Assembly: GCA_002840365.1 (NCBI GenBank)
Contig: PHAO01000001.1
Coordinates: forward strand, 524,360-588,359
DNA: 64,000 nucleotides
Origin: Candidatus Dojkabacteria bacterium HGW-Dojkabacteria-1
GTDB taxonomy: Bacteria; Patescibacteriota; Dojkabacteria; SC72
Reading direction: 5' to 3'
A program made the translations under genes and the position numbers. The notes under the pieces are model-generated. The model had not been told where the DNA came from. It saw nothing but the letters and a program-made list of their open reading frames with translations, and made no database searches. This document shows, in pieces, positions 46,218 to 55,962 of this stretch (positions within the stretch are counted from its first letter, which is position 1; each line of letters opens with the position of its first letter).

Positions 46218-46517
46218 ATGTTAAAGATTAGATTAAAAAGAATAGGTAAAAGAGGTCAACCTCATTACAGAATCGTTGTAATGGAATCTGCTTCCCCAAG
46301 AAGTGGTAAGACTGTAGAGGAGATTGGTATTTATAATCCAAGAACAAAACCATCCACATTTGAAGTTGATAAAGAGGCTGCAAAGAAATGGTTAGAGAAT
46401 GGAGCAAAACCTACAGACACTATTGCACAATACTTTGTAAAAATCGGTTTACTTAAATCTCTAAAAAGAGGTTCAAAAAAACCAAGTACCGAAAAGAAAA
46501 CTGAGGAGAACAAATAA
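46218..46517 (+). CDS. rpsP: 30S ribosomal protein S16
   Basis: MLKIRLKRIG, YRIVV, GIYNP, WLENGAKPT. Upstream TTGAAT-17-TAAAAT promoter at 46180-46208. Confidence 0.96.
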   Translation: MLKIRLKRIGKRGQPHYRIVVMESASPRSGKTVEEIGIYNPRTKPSTFEVDKEAAKKWLENGAKPTDTIAQYFVKIGLLKSLKRGSKKPSTEKKTEENK

Positions 46518-46534
46518 TTCAATTTAACCCTTCG

Positions 46535-46567
46535 AATAGACCTTTTACAAGGTCTGTTTTGTTTTAT
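46535..46567 (+). terminator. Rho-independent terminator after rpsP
   Basis: AATAGACCTT-TTAC-AAGGTCTGTT stem followed by a T-rich tract. Confidence 0.7.
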
Positions 46568-46641
46568 CCACGCTTCTGGTAAAATTCATACTGTAGGAGT
46601 ATAATTTATGTAATCATATTTTAAATTCATAACCCTAAAAA

Positions 46642-46932
46642 ATGAAAGAATTACTAGTACACATCATTAAATCAATAGTTAACTATCCCGATGATGTTTC
46701 TGTAGAAGAGAGAGATAGTGTAGATTTTCCTGGATTAACAATTCTTACAATAGATGTGAACGAATCAGATAAAGGGGTAATAATTGGAAGAAAAGGAAGA
46801 ACTATCAATTCAATAAGAGATATAGTTACCATTAGTGCAATAAGAAATAACAAGAGAGTAAGAGTATTGCTAAAGGATGATAGGGGTGAACATCACTCTG
46901 AAGATGAGGATATGTTAAGAGACGAAATTTAA
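46642..46932 (+). CDS. khpA: KH-domain RNA-binding protein KhpA
   Basis: DKGVIIGRKGRTINSIR; adjacent to rpsP. Confidence 0.9.
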   Translation: MKELLVHIIKSIVNYPDDVSVEERDSVDFPGLTILTIDVNESDKGVIIGRKGRTINSIRDIVTISAIRNNKRVRVLLKDDRGEHHSEDEDMLRDEI

Positions 46933-47630
46933 AGATTTTTAGCTTTTTCTTCAAATATATCCAGTATGTCTCGATAATCGGTATATGCCTTAAATGGTTT
47001 GTATATGTTTAAATTCCCTGTTCTATCTGCCATATAATAACCGCTTACTACTAATGATATTGTCCATTGTCCAGTAATAGATTGTGCTACTTCAACATTT
47101 TGTATTCTAATTATATATGGAGAAATACTTTGTACTTCATCAAGGAAGGAAACAACATTACTGTATTCCCCTTGATATGAAATAGGACCAGAGACTCCTG
47201 CTCCACTGTTTTCTGATGGAGAAATCCTTCCTCCCATATCTCCAGCCGAAAGCTCTCTAATGATTAAACTCTTCTCTTTGGCTAAATTATCTACATAGTA
47301 GATGAAATCAGATACCTTAAGTACTTTTGGTATTACACTCTTTGCAAGTACTATATCATCACTTAATTGATTCTCATCTAGTAGGGAAAGCTTTCTATCT
47401 AGTTCGTTTAATTGTTCTATCTTTTGATCTGTTTCTTTAATTTCCTCCTGATAATCTAGTGCTGCATTAACCATTGGAATAAAGACGAAAATTGAGAGTA
47501 GAAGAAGTATTACAGCAACAGAAATAGGTATTATCAAATCATTCAAATTCAATCGCGTTTTTTTCATCTTCTCACTTATTGCTGCAATTTCTTTACTTGT
47601 TTTTTGTGTATTGGTTGCTAATCTAGACAT
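46929..47630 (-). CDS. PilO-like pilus alignment protein
   Basis: Single TM plus coiled coil, GEYSNVVSFL; pilM-N-O gene order. Confidence 0.7.
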   Translation of the reverse strand: MSRLATNTQKTSKEIAAISEKMKKTRLNLNDLIIPISVAVILLLLSIFVFIPMVNAALDYQEEIKETDQKIEQLNELDRKLSLLDENQLSDDIVLAKSVIPKVLKVSDFIYYVDNLAKEKSLIIRELSAGDMGGRISPSENSGAGVSGPISYQGEYSNVVSFLDEVQSISPYIIRIQNVEVAQSITGQWTISLVVSGYYMADRTGNLNIYKPFKAYTDYRDILDIFEEKAKNL

Positions 47631-47632
47631 AT

Positions 47633-48286
47633 CTATTTATTAAAAAAATTTTTACCATTTAATTTCCCTTCAAAAGAAAAAGTTACCCTGTTATCACCTT
47701 TTCCAACAGATTGTAAATTAATTCTTTCAATATTTTCATCTGTTCCTAGTAAATACCATAACTTAGAAACCTGTTCTAAGCTTACTGAATATCCAGAATA
47801 TGTGAAATCTAGATTTTCAGATATCATTACACTTCTCATTTGTATATCACCAATCTTTGTACCCATTCTGCTCAAAAATTCAATTATCTCTTTGTGAGAG
47901 AAAGCACCATTTCTTACATTAGTATAGAGAACTGCCCTATCTACAATTTCATCATTTGATATTAAAGTATCTTCTTGTTGAGTTATCTTATTCTCTATCC
48001 TAAAAAGTTCTGCTTTTTTTACATTTAGGATCTGTCTAGAGATAATATTGAAACCAACAATTACCAAAATTACAACAACAAGGATAATTAGACTTACAAC
48101 AGAACCTATACTTACTCTGCTCTTTGTCTTCTCAACAACTTTTTCCTCTTCAGACATTGAAGGTATTAGATTGAACCCTTCACTTATATCAGGTTGTGGG
48201 GAGGGTGGTGGTGGAGGAGTAGTCGGAGTTGGTACTACTTTTACTTCCTCTTTTGCTACTTGTGGCTGTGTCGTTTCGTTATTCAT
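47633..48286 (-). CDS. PilN-like protein
   Basis: FNLIP (INLLP-like) motif before the TM; Pro-rich N-terminus. Confidence 0.7.
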   Translation of the reverse strand: MNNETTQPQVAKEEVKVVPTPTTPPPPPSPQPDISEGFNLIPSMSEEEKVVEKTKSRVSIGSVVSLIILVVVILVIVGFNIISRQILNVKKAELFRIENKITQQEDTLISNDEIVDRAVLYTNVRNGAFSHKEIIEFLSRMGTKIGDIQMRSVMISENLDFTYSGYSVSLEQVSKLWYLLGTDENIERINLQSVGKGDNRVTFSFEGKLNGKNFFNK

Positions 48287-49307
48287 CTTTTAGTGCTAAA
48301 CCTATTGCAACAGAGTAGGATGGTCCTCCCTTGGCAATAATGTCTTTAAACTTATTATCAACAGTTATACCTGTCCAAGGATTAGCTATTTGTGCATTCA
48401 CACCTAAATATTTTGAGACAAACTCTCCCAAACCTGGGAGTAGAGCACCATCACCATTTAATAGGTAGTCTGATGGAGATGCACTTGCAGTTTTGTTTTT
48501 ATAAAACTCTATACCTCTTTGTACCTCCATTAATATAGATTCAACAATCGGAGAGAGAGCTCCATAAATTTTTCCTTCCAATACATTTGGTACTAGACCA
48601 TAGTTTCTCTTAAATTCTTCAGCACGACTATATTCAAAACTGAATTTGTTAACAATAGCCTGTGTTAGAGAGTCTGAACCAATGGCAATACTTTGTGAGA
48701 ATACAAGATATCCATTAGACATAATACTCATGTCTGTACTGTTTGCCCCAAAGTCTAACATAACTAAGTCTCTCTTTTGGGTAGCCTTAAACATTGCTCT
48801 TCCCATAGCGACTGACTCTGTTTCGATAGCTATTAAATCTAAATCTGCTAAGTTTGCTATTTCTGTATATATTGAAATAATCTTTTTTGGAGCAGCAACA
48901 AGTAATACTCTAGGTGCGTTCTTTTCTTCATTAAAGCCTATTGTAACAAAACTCATATGTACATCGTTAATAGACATAGGGATATACTGCTTTGCTTCAA
49001 AGAATACTGCATCTTTAAGTTCCTCTTTTTTTACTCCAGGGAATTCTAAGAATCTAGTGAAAACAGAAAACTCTGGTAGAGCCATCACAACATTCCTATT
49101 CTTTATCTTAGAATCATCGTAAAGTTTCTTTAGCACATCAGCAAGTTTCTTCTGATCTTGCTTTTCTTCACTATTAATTACTCCTTTAGGAGTAAGTTGG
49201 CTTCCTAAGTTGATTAATTCAGGAGTAGAGCTAACGTTTTTTAATTCAACAGCTTTTACTGAATGTGTACCGAAGTCTATTCCTACATGGTCAGGCAGTT
49301 TAGCCAT
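48279..49307 (-). CDS. pilM: type IV pilus assembly protein PilM
   Basis: GIDFGTHSVKAVE, EAKQYIP, LDFGANST, VAIGLAL. Confidence 0.92.
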   Translation of the reverse strand: MAKLPDHVGIDFGTHSVKAVELKNVSSTPELINLGSQLTPKGVINSEEKQDQKKLADVLKKLYDDSKIKNRNVVMALPEFSVFTRFLEFPGVKKEELKDAVFFEAKQYIPMSINDVHMSFVTIGFNEEKNAPRVLLVAAPKKIISIYTEIANLADLDLIAIETESVAMGRAMFKATQKRDLVMLDFGANSTDMSIMSNGYLVFSQSIAIGSDSLTQAIVNKFSFEYSRAEEFKRNYGLVPNVLEGKIYGALSPIVESILMEVQRGIEFYKNKTASASPSDYLLNGDGALLPGLGEFVSKYLGVNAQIANPWTGITVDNKFKDIIAKGGPSYSVAIGLALKDE

Positions 49308-49351
49308 ATTCTTTGGACGGTTAAATTATGACTACTTTATAATATCAGAAT

Positions 49352-52300
49352 CTAGTAAGGTTTGAAACCTAATTCTGTCTTTAGTATATCAACCTGACTT
49401 CCAAATACAAGATTACTTAGTACTGAATATTTGGAGTGGTATTTTACTACTAAAGCAGGATATATGTTTCTATCTACTAGTTTTAAGCTTCTGTTCATTT
49501 GTAAACCTCCAAGAGAGTGTAATCCTCCTTCTACAAAAAGTCCATCATACTTTGGAGAGAGACCCAGTTCTGGATCAATTGTAATATGGCCATCGGCTAA
49601 TATATATGATCTTACTTGATCATATTGTAATTGTCCTGCTGTGGATGCTTTTGCCCCTTCTTTTATGTTTACATTTCCACTTACTACAAATATACATGCA
49701 TCTTTGTTAGCATTCGATGTTCTAATTTCCCTATGTATTGTTAAATCACCATCTATGAAGAATACTCCCCAACCATCACATACAAAATTACTAATATTTC
49801 CTACTTGAAAATCCCCAGAATGCTTTAGAATACAGACGCTTGAGCTTAAATTGCAACCACCAATATTTCTTAAACTACCATTTAAGCTTGTTACTTGTGG
49901 AAGGGCCTTCGTCATATCCACTTTTCCTTCTATTTCCCTATCATTGTATGCTTTTCTTAGTTCTTCATACAGACTCTTAATATTAGTGTTCATACTAAAT
50001 GGACGCATATGGAAAGATTTGAGTAATACACTTGTATTAAGTGCAGAAGGGTTAGTTCCTCCAACGTTATCACCAAATACTTCAGTAGAGACATCCGCAT
50101 GCAATGGATTCATTCCTGCAAGAACAGGCACGGCATTCCATGCTGTAGGACTTCCAATTACTTTCATTTCATAGTCTCGACCATTGGAAGAGTAGGCTAA
50201 ACCTCCGTGTGTTATTATCCAATCCCCAAGAGAGAAGGTAAGACTTCTAATATGCATATTTCCCGCCTTATCAAAAACAGTTAAGTATACAATTAGGCTT
50301 CCTTCTTTGTTTTCTCCAATATTAATATCAACACTTCCACTATATGTTGTTCCACCAACATTTAATTTCCTAAATGCATATCCTGTGTTTAATTTTCCTA
50401 AATTAGTATCATCCGTTATTAAGTTGAAAGGTGAATTAATTTCTAACCCTGTACCTGTCATAGTGATTGCAGGTGGGTTAGGTGGCATTGTAATAGAGGC
50501 ATATATATTTCCTACAATAGCATATATTTCCTTTGTATCAGCGACAGTCCAACTAAGTCTTAGGTTTGTATCCCCAATTACAGTCATATTAAGAGTTCCT
50601 ACTTCTGGCAATCCTTTATCTATAGTCCATGGATATCCTGTTGTAGCCCACTGCCTTGCATACAGCTGAGCAACTGTAGGAGTAGTTCTGTATCTTAATT
50701 GACCTGGTGACCAGTAATCACCAATTTTAGAGTTAATATCTGGATATGCAGTATAGTTGTCATATGGTGTAAAACTAAATATGTCATTACCCATGAGGAA
50801 AGTGTTGTATGTTACCTGTGCTACATTCTCATAACCACTTGCGAAGTTGAAACTTAACTGGAATGGCATTACGACATTATTTCCCGACCTAGTAATACTT
50901 GCTTGTAGGTTATGCCCTATGGTTACTCTAACCATTTGTAAGCCTCCAGGACCAGAAATTACAAATGAATTACTTGAAAATACTGCTCTTACCCATTTTG
51001 CCGTTGCTCCTGTATAGCTTGGTACATATGGTCTCCATGCAGAGCTTTCCCATCTCATCATAAAGCCCCAGCTATTAGCACTTGGTGCTTGAGGAGGTTG
51101 AGAAGGATTGGTTGCAGTATCTATCCATAGGGGAGTTGCAACCTCTCCAGTAAGAGTATTTTCTCTAAACCATACAGAGACAGCTTCAATATCTGTTGCA
51201 CCATTTACGTCAGTATATGTTGCAGTCATACGAATTGGATCGTTTAAGTTGTAAAGCGTAGTTCTAGTACCTGAGTGCGTACTACTAGAGAATCCATATG
51301 TATTTTCTGCATCAGGATGTACCTGCAAGCTTGTTGTTGGCTGTGGACTGATAGGTTCATAACAGGAACGATAGTTGGGAGGACCACCACAAGGTGATGT
51401 TCTTGTACATGAAGTAAAGTTTGAAAGTATCATATTAGGATTACCCGGTGAAGTTGCAGTAAGTGGAGATGGACAGCTTGGAGGAGTACAGTTAGAACAT
51501 CTATCTACATAACAGGTTCTCGTTCCTGTAACACCACACGCATTATTACATGCTAAGGTAACCGAACCAAATCCGTAATTTGTATCACTGTATGTAGGTG
51601 TACAGCTTGGTACACAAGGATTTGCACAGTAACAAGTCCTACTTTCAGAGCCACACTGTGAAGGGCTATTGCTACATGTATATACCTGTGTTCCGTATCC
51701 TGTTGGAGTACTAGTATATGTCGGACCTACACAAGCAGTCGGAGTACAAAGAGGAGTACAGTGATCTTGGTAGAAGACACATGGTACTTCAGGCAAAGAC
51801 CATGGACGATCATTTAAGGCATAGTACGCATTTATCTGCAAACTTTTTACTCTTTGGCCTCCCCAGTTTGCATCATTTACAAAGATAGTATTTGCTGGGA
51901 AAGTAGTAGTATCTGTAGTCCTAGTTGTAGCATATGTATTTACTCTTACAAGTTGATATGAACCACTCGGACATGTTCCTTGGTTTGTTGCCCATCCTGC
52001 GATATACAGTGTTGAACAAACAATAGCATTTCCGTTATCCCTATTATAAAAGTTATATGCAAATTGATTTACTGGAGTATTAGAAGTAGATGTAATGGTT
52101 GCAGACTCTCCACTCTTCAGATATCTTTTAGAGGTAGTAGCACTTGAACAGTAATTTTGTCTTTGATAGTAACAGGTAAGATAGTTATGGCTTGGGCTAC
52201 ACCCATCTCCTCTGTAACAACTAGCAGTTGTTGAATATCCAGTATTGGGAGATGTTGCAGTACCAGAAGGACATGTAGGAGTACAATCATTACATGATGG

Positions 52301-52633
52301 TGGAGGAGGAGTAGTTTCTCTTTGACAACATCCGTGATTTATACGTAAACGGGTCCCATCACAGTTAAAACCTGACCAGGTATTAACATAGTCTTCCCTA
52401 CAGTTATTGTTCTGACCATTACATGAATATCCGCTTAACCATCTACAGGTACCATTACTTCCAGTAGTACCTCTTTCAGAAGGAGAAAAATTTACATTAT
52501 TATTACTACAGTAGTATCCTGATGCACAAATTATTGCATTAACATCTTCTTTCCCATAATCAAGAAAAAATAGACTTAAAAAAGGTGTTAACAGAAGAAA
52601 GAAAAGTTTTAAATATTTAAAATTTTTACTCAC
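49352..52633 (-). CDS. large secreted Cys-rich protein, pilus-associated adhesin candidate (paralog B)
   Basis: Signal peptide, Cys-rich N-terminal ~430 aa, C-terminal beta-rich region shared with 53671-55962. Confidence 0.7.
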   Translation of the reverse strand: MSKNFKYLKLFFLLLTPFLSLFFLDYGKEDVNAIICASGYYCSNNNVNFSPSERGTTGSNGTCRWLSGYSCNGQNNNCREDYVNTWSGFNCDGTRLRINHGCCQRETTPPPPSCNDCTPTCPSGTATSPNTGYSTTASCYRGDGCSPSHNYLTCYYQRQNYCSSATTSKRYLKSGESATITSTSNTPVNQFAYNFYNRDNGNAIVCSTLYIAGWATNQGTCPSGSYQLVRVNTYATTRTTDTTTFPANTIFVNDANWGGQRVKSLQINAYYALNDRPWSLPEVPCVFYQDHCTPLCTPTACVGPTYTSTPTGYGTQVYTCSNSPSQCGSESRTCYCANPCVPSCTPTYSDTNYGFGSVTLACNNACGVTGTRTCYVDRCSNCTPPSCPSPLTATSPGNPNMILSNFTSCTRTSPCGGPPNYRSCYEPISPQPTTSLQVHPDAENTYGFSSSTHSGTRTTLYNLNDPIRMTATYTDVNGATDIEAVSVWFRENTLTGEVATPLWIDTATNPSQPPQAPSANSWGFMMRWESSAWRPYVPSYTGATAKWVRAVFSSNSFVISGPGGLQMVRVTIGHNLQASITRSGNNVVMPFQLSFNFASGYENVAQVTYNTFLMGNDIFSFTPYDNYTAYPDINSKIGDYWSPGQLRYRTTPTVAQLYARQWATTGYPWTIDKGLPEVGTLNMTVIGDTNLRLSWTVADTKEIYAIVGNIYASITMPPNPPAITMTGTGLEINSPFNLITDDTNLGKLNTGYAFRKLNVGGTTYSGSVDINIGENKEGSLIVYLTVFDKAGNMHIRSLTFSLGDWIITHGGLAYSSNGRDYEMKVIGSPTAWNAVPVLAGMNPLHADVSTEVFGDNVGGTNPSALNTSVLLKSFHMRPFSMNTNIKSLYEELRKAYNDREIEGKVDMTKALPQVTSLNGSLRNIGGCNLSSSVCILKHSGDFQVGNISNFVCDGWGVFFIDGDLTIHREIRTSNANKDACIFVVSGNVNIKEGAKASTAGQLQYDQVRSYILADGHITIDPELGLSPKYDGLFVEGGLHSLGGLQMNRSLKLVDRNIYPALVVKYHSKYSVLSNLVFGSQVDILKTELGFKPY

Positions 52634-53658
52634 GGTCTTAACATCAAAAATGCAAATATTAGTTTATCAAAATTAACAACACCATCTTCTGAGCTTTTTC
52701 TTACATCTTCAATATATTTATCTATATCTTTTACTTTAAATTCACTGATATTTCTAGTTTCAGCTATTGTACACAGTGCTATAGAATCGAAATCTGTTTC
52801 CTCTTTACTACAATATTCTAAAATATCAGCATTTGTAATATTGCTTTTTTCATCTAAATAAAAGAACATTACCTGTGTAATGCCATCCATGTCATAATCT
52901 TTAAAGTTCGATAAAGAAAGTTCCCTTGTACTCCTATCCATTTCTTTTTCATAAGATAATTTTTGTGCAGAAAGAGTAGTTAAAAATTCCTCTCTATTTA
53001 TGTTAAGTTTAAGATCAAATACCATTTCAGACTCTTCAATCTTTGCATCCATAATCTCGCCTAAGTAAAAGAATACTCTTTTAACTGTTTTTCCATCAGC
53101 AATAATTAAATCATTTGCAGGATAATATCCTGCTTTTTTCACTTCCTCTAGAGCGTTTCTCCTTATGTTCATTTGAGGAGCACCATTAGGATATACCTTA
53201 TCTAATAGTTCAAATATTTCTTCATCCATAAGTAGGCTTAATTCAAATTTTTGAAGGTTATATTCACCAAACAGGATTCTTGTATAATAAAAGTTCAATT
53301 CTATGGGTACCATTTGCTCTGTAATCATTTCCTCCCTATCAAACTCTACAACTCCTTTTTCTTCACAAATAGTAATTGGTTGTAATTTGTAATCTTTATC
53401 AACTAAAGCCATGAAAAAACATTCTGTATTCTCCTCTCTCTCCTCATATCTTTCTAAAAGCGCACTACATTTGAAAGAGATTTTCCCAAATGAATTTGTT
53501 TGTTCACAATTTTCTGCAATATCTTGGAATTTATTCAAAGAGAAAGAACCATTAACTTGGTTATATCTTTCAGAAAAGAAAAATACTGAAAAAACAATTA
53601 CTAGTAGTAATATTATTCCAGGAACTATTAAATTACTCTTCTTTATTTTAATTTTCAT
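52630..53658 (-). CDS. hypothetical membrane-anchored acidic protein
   Basis: 342-aa ORF with an N-terminal TM. Confidence 0.6.
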   Translation of the reverse strand: MKIKIKKSNLIVPGIILLLVIVFSVFFFSERYNQVNGSFSLNKFQDIAENCEQTNSFGKISFKCSALLERYEEREENTECFFMALVDKDYKLQPITICEEKGVVEFDREEMITEQMVPIELNFYYTRILFGEYNLQKFELSLLMDEEIFELLDKVYPNGAPQMNIRRNALEEVKKAGYYPANDLIIADGKTVKRVFFYLGEIMDAKIEESEMVFDLKLNINREEFLTTLSAQKLSYEKEMDRSTRELSLSNFKDYDMDGITQVMFFYLDEKSNITNADILEYCSKEETDFDSIALCTIAETRNISEFKVKDIDKYIEDVRKSSEDGVVNFDKLIFAFLMLRP

Positions 53659-53670
53659 TCTTTTTAGTTA

Positions 53671-55962
53671 TTAAAATGGCTTAAATCCTACTTCTACCTT
53701 TACCATGTCTATTGGATTCCCTATCAGTGTACTACTAAAGATTCCATATTTGGAATGATGATTTACTACAAGTAGTGGGTGAGTATTTCTATAATTAAGA
53801 CCTAAATATCTATCAACAAATATTCCACCAAGACTTTGGATTCCACCACTTACATACAATCCGTCAAATGTAGGATCAGTATTTAAAGTTACACTACCAT
53901 TAGTCAGTATATATGCATTAATTTCATCATATCCTACAGAACCACCAGAGGAATTTGCCCCTGGATTGATTACAACATTGCCTGCTACTACAAATATACA
54001 TGCATCATGATTGTAGTTACTATTGAGTATCTTATTGTTTACAACCAAATTTCCAGATACAAAGAAAAGACCCTTACCATTACATACAAATGGATTAGCA
54101 TCACCAACTGTCAAATTACCACTCCTATCCAATACTTTTATTCCTCCTGCTCCCAAACTACCTGTAAGTGTTGAAGTGTTTGGGTTTAATCTCTGTACAC
54201 CAGAGATTCCTACTTCTCTTCTCTCGAATGTATTCTTTACATCAGAGTAAAAATCCACCGTTCTGTATGCTTTAAAAGGACTTACACTAAATGATTTTGT
54301 AGTATTACTCTTTGTAAGAACTGTAGGGTTACTTAAACCGGTTCCATACAGTTCGGTAGAGAGGTCTGCCATAGCAGGACTTATCTTGTTCAACAATGCT
54401 ACTGGGTTCCACAGGGCAGGATCTTCTACATTTTTAACTGCAAAATCTACTCCTGTTGAAGAGTACATTAGCCCTCCATATGTGATAATCCAACCTTCAA
54501 GGTTGTAAAGAGAGTAGGACTGATTGTAGTTACATGCATTGTCAAAGGCTGTAACATAGTAGAGTAAGCTTCCTTCTCTGTTTCCACCTACATTCATTTC
54601 TAAGCTACCATTCTTTGAGACTCCTCCAACATTCACAGCTCTAGCTATATACCCATTAGACATGTGTCCAATTGTGCTATTACCCTGTGGCTGAGGTAAG
54701 TAGGGAGTTACAACTGTTTTGTTACCATCACTTGTAAGAACTACCTGAGTAATGTTTTCTGATTCTGTTACTCCATCAGATAGATAGGTATTTCCTACCA
54801 ATCCAAATATTCCTAGCAAATCACCAATATTCCATGAGAACTTAATCTTTGTTGGACCTGTTACCTCTGAATTGACAGCATTAACAACAGGTGGGGTAAA
54901 ATCTTTAACCCAATCCCTGTTACTGTCTGTCCAGTTTTGATAGAAACGAATCTGTTCAGGGTTGAAGTAATCACCGATTTTAGTTACTCCTGGACCATAG
55001 TTATCGTATGGTGTAAATCCAAAGACGTCATTTGCCATTACAAATATATTGTAACTACCTTCGATAACTCTGTTTACTTCAGAAATATTTCTAAAATCTA
55101 AGTTAAAATCAAAGTTCACACTGTTTCCTGCTTCTGACACTCCATTAACTTGTACAAATACCATATCTTGAGAACTAGGACCTTTAATTGCGAATCGTCC
55201 TCCACCATATGTAGCCTTTATCCACTTATCATTTCCACCACCAACTAAACTAGGAATATATGGTACCCAATTAGCACCTTCTCGATGCATCATAAAGCCA
55301 TAGCTATTTCTTGTATACGTTCTTCCAGTTTGACCAGATGAACTATCTAAATCGATGTATTGTGGAGTGTTAGGAATAGCTCCATCAATTTTTAACCAAA
55401 TATATATTGCCTCAATATCACTTGAACCATCAGGATCTGTATGAGTACTAACCATTCTAATAGGGTTGTTTACTTCAATACCTGTGTGAGTAGAAGATGT
55501 ACATCCTAGTTGGGTAGGGTTTCCTGTTGGAAATATCTGAATTGATGAAGTTGGTTGTGGGCTAGGGGTTTCATAGCAATCTCCATACTTCCAACCATCA
55601 TCACAGTATTGCCCATTTTGACAGCTTCTGTAATTAGACAATCTGTAGGCTGGGTCTCCAGTATTAGTAAGAGGAGCAGGGCAATTACCAAGTGTACACT
55701 CTTCACAAGGAGGATCATCAGGTACACAGTTTGGACATGGGATAAGACCTTCACATCCAGACGCGATTGCATCCCCTAACGAACAGCAGTTATTTCCACC
55801 TCCACCAGAGTAACAACATCCATTCCATAGGGTACCACTCCATTGAGAAGATGGTGAACAGCAGCCATTCCATGCTTCAACATTCTTTGCAAAAAAGACC
55901 ACACTAAATACAGTTATCAATGAAAAGACTAATATTTTAAAGTAAATACTCCCTTTATTCAT
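53671..55962 (-). CDS. secreted Cys-rich protein, pilus-associated adhesin candidate (paralog A)
   Basis: Signal peptide; shares SPQPT, FTPYDNY, ACIFVV.GNV and GFKP with paralog B. Confidence 0.7.
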   Translation of the reverse strand: MNKGSIYFKILVFSLITVFSVVFFAKNVEAWNGCCSPSSQWSGTLWNGCCYSGGGGNNCCSLGDAIASGCEGLIPCPNCVPDDPPCEECTLGNCPAPLTNTGDPAYRLSNYRSCQNGQYCDDGWKYGDCYETPSPQPTSSIQIFPTGNPTQLGCTSSTHTGIEVNNPIRMVSTHTDPDGSSDIEAIYIWLKIDGAIPNTPQYIDLDSSSGQTGRTYTRNSYGFMMHREGANWVPYIPSLVGGGNDKWIKATYGGGRFAIKGPSSQDMVFVQVNGVSEAGNSVNFDFNLDFRNISEVNRVIEGSYNIFVMANDVFGFTPYDNYGPGVTKIGDYFNPEQIRFYQNWTDSNRDWVKDFTPPVVNAVNSEVTGPTKIKFSWNIGDLLGIFGLVGNTYLSDGVTESENITQVVLTSDGNKTVVTPYLPQPQGNSTIGHMSNGYIARAVNVGGVSKNGSLEMNVGGNREGSLLYYVTAFDNACNYNQSYSLYNLEGWIITYGGLMYSSTGVDFAVKNVEDPALWNPVALLNKISPAMADLSTELYGTGLSNPTVLTKSNTTKSFSVSPFKAYRTVDFYSDVKNTFERREVGISGVQRLNPNTSTLTGSLGAGGIKVLDRSGNLTVGDANPFVCNGKGLFFVSGNLVVNNKILNSNYNHDACIFVVAGNVVINPGANSSGGSVGYDEINAYILTNGSVTLNTDPTFDGLYVSGGIQSLGGIFVDRYLGLNYRNTHPLLVVNHHSKYGIFSSTLIGNPIDMVKVEVGFKPF

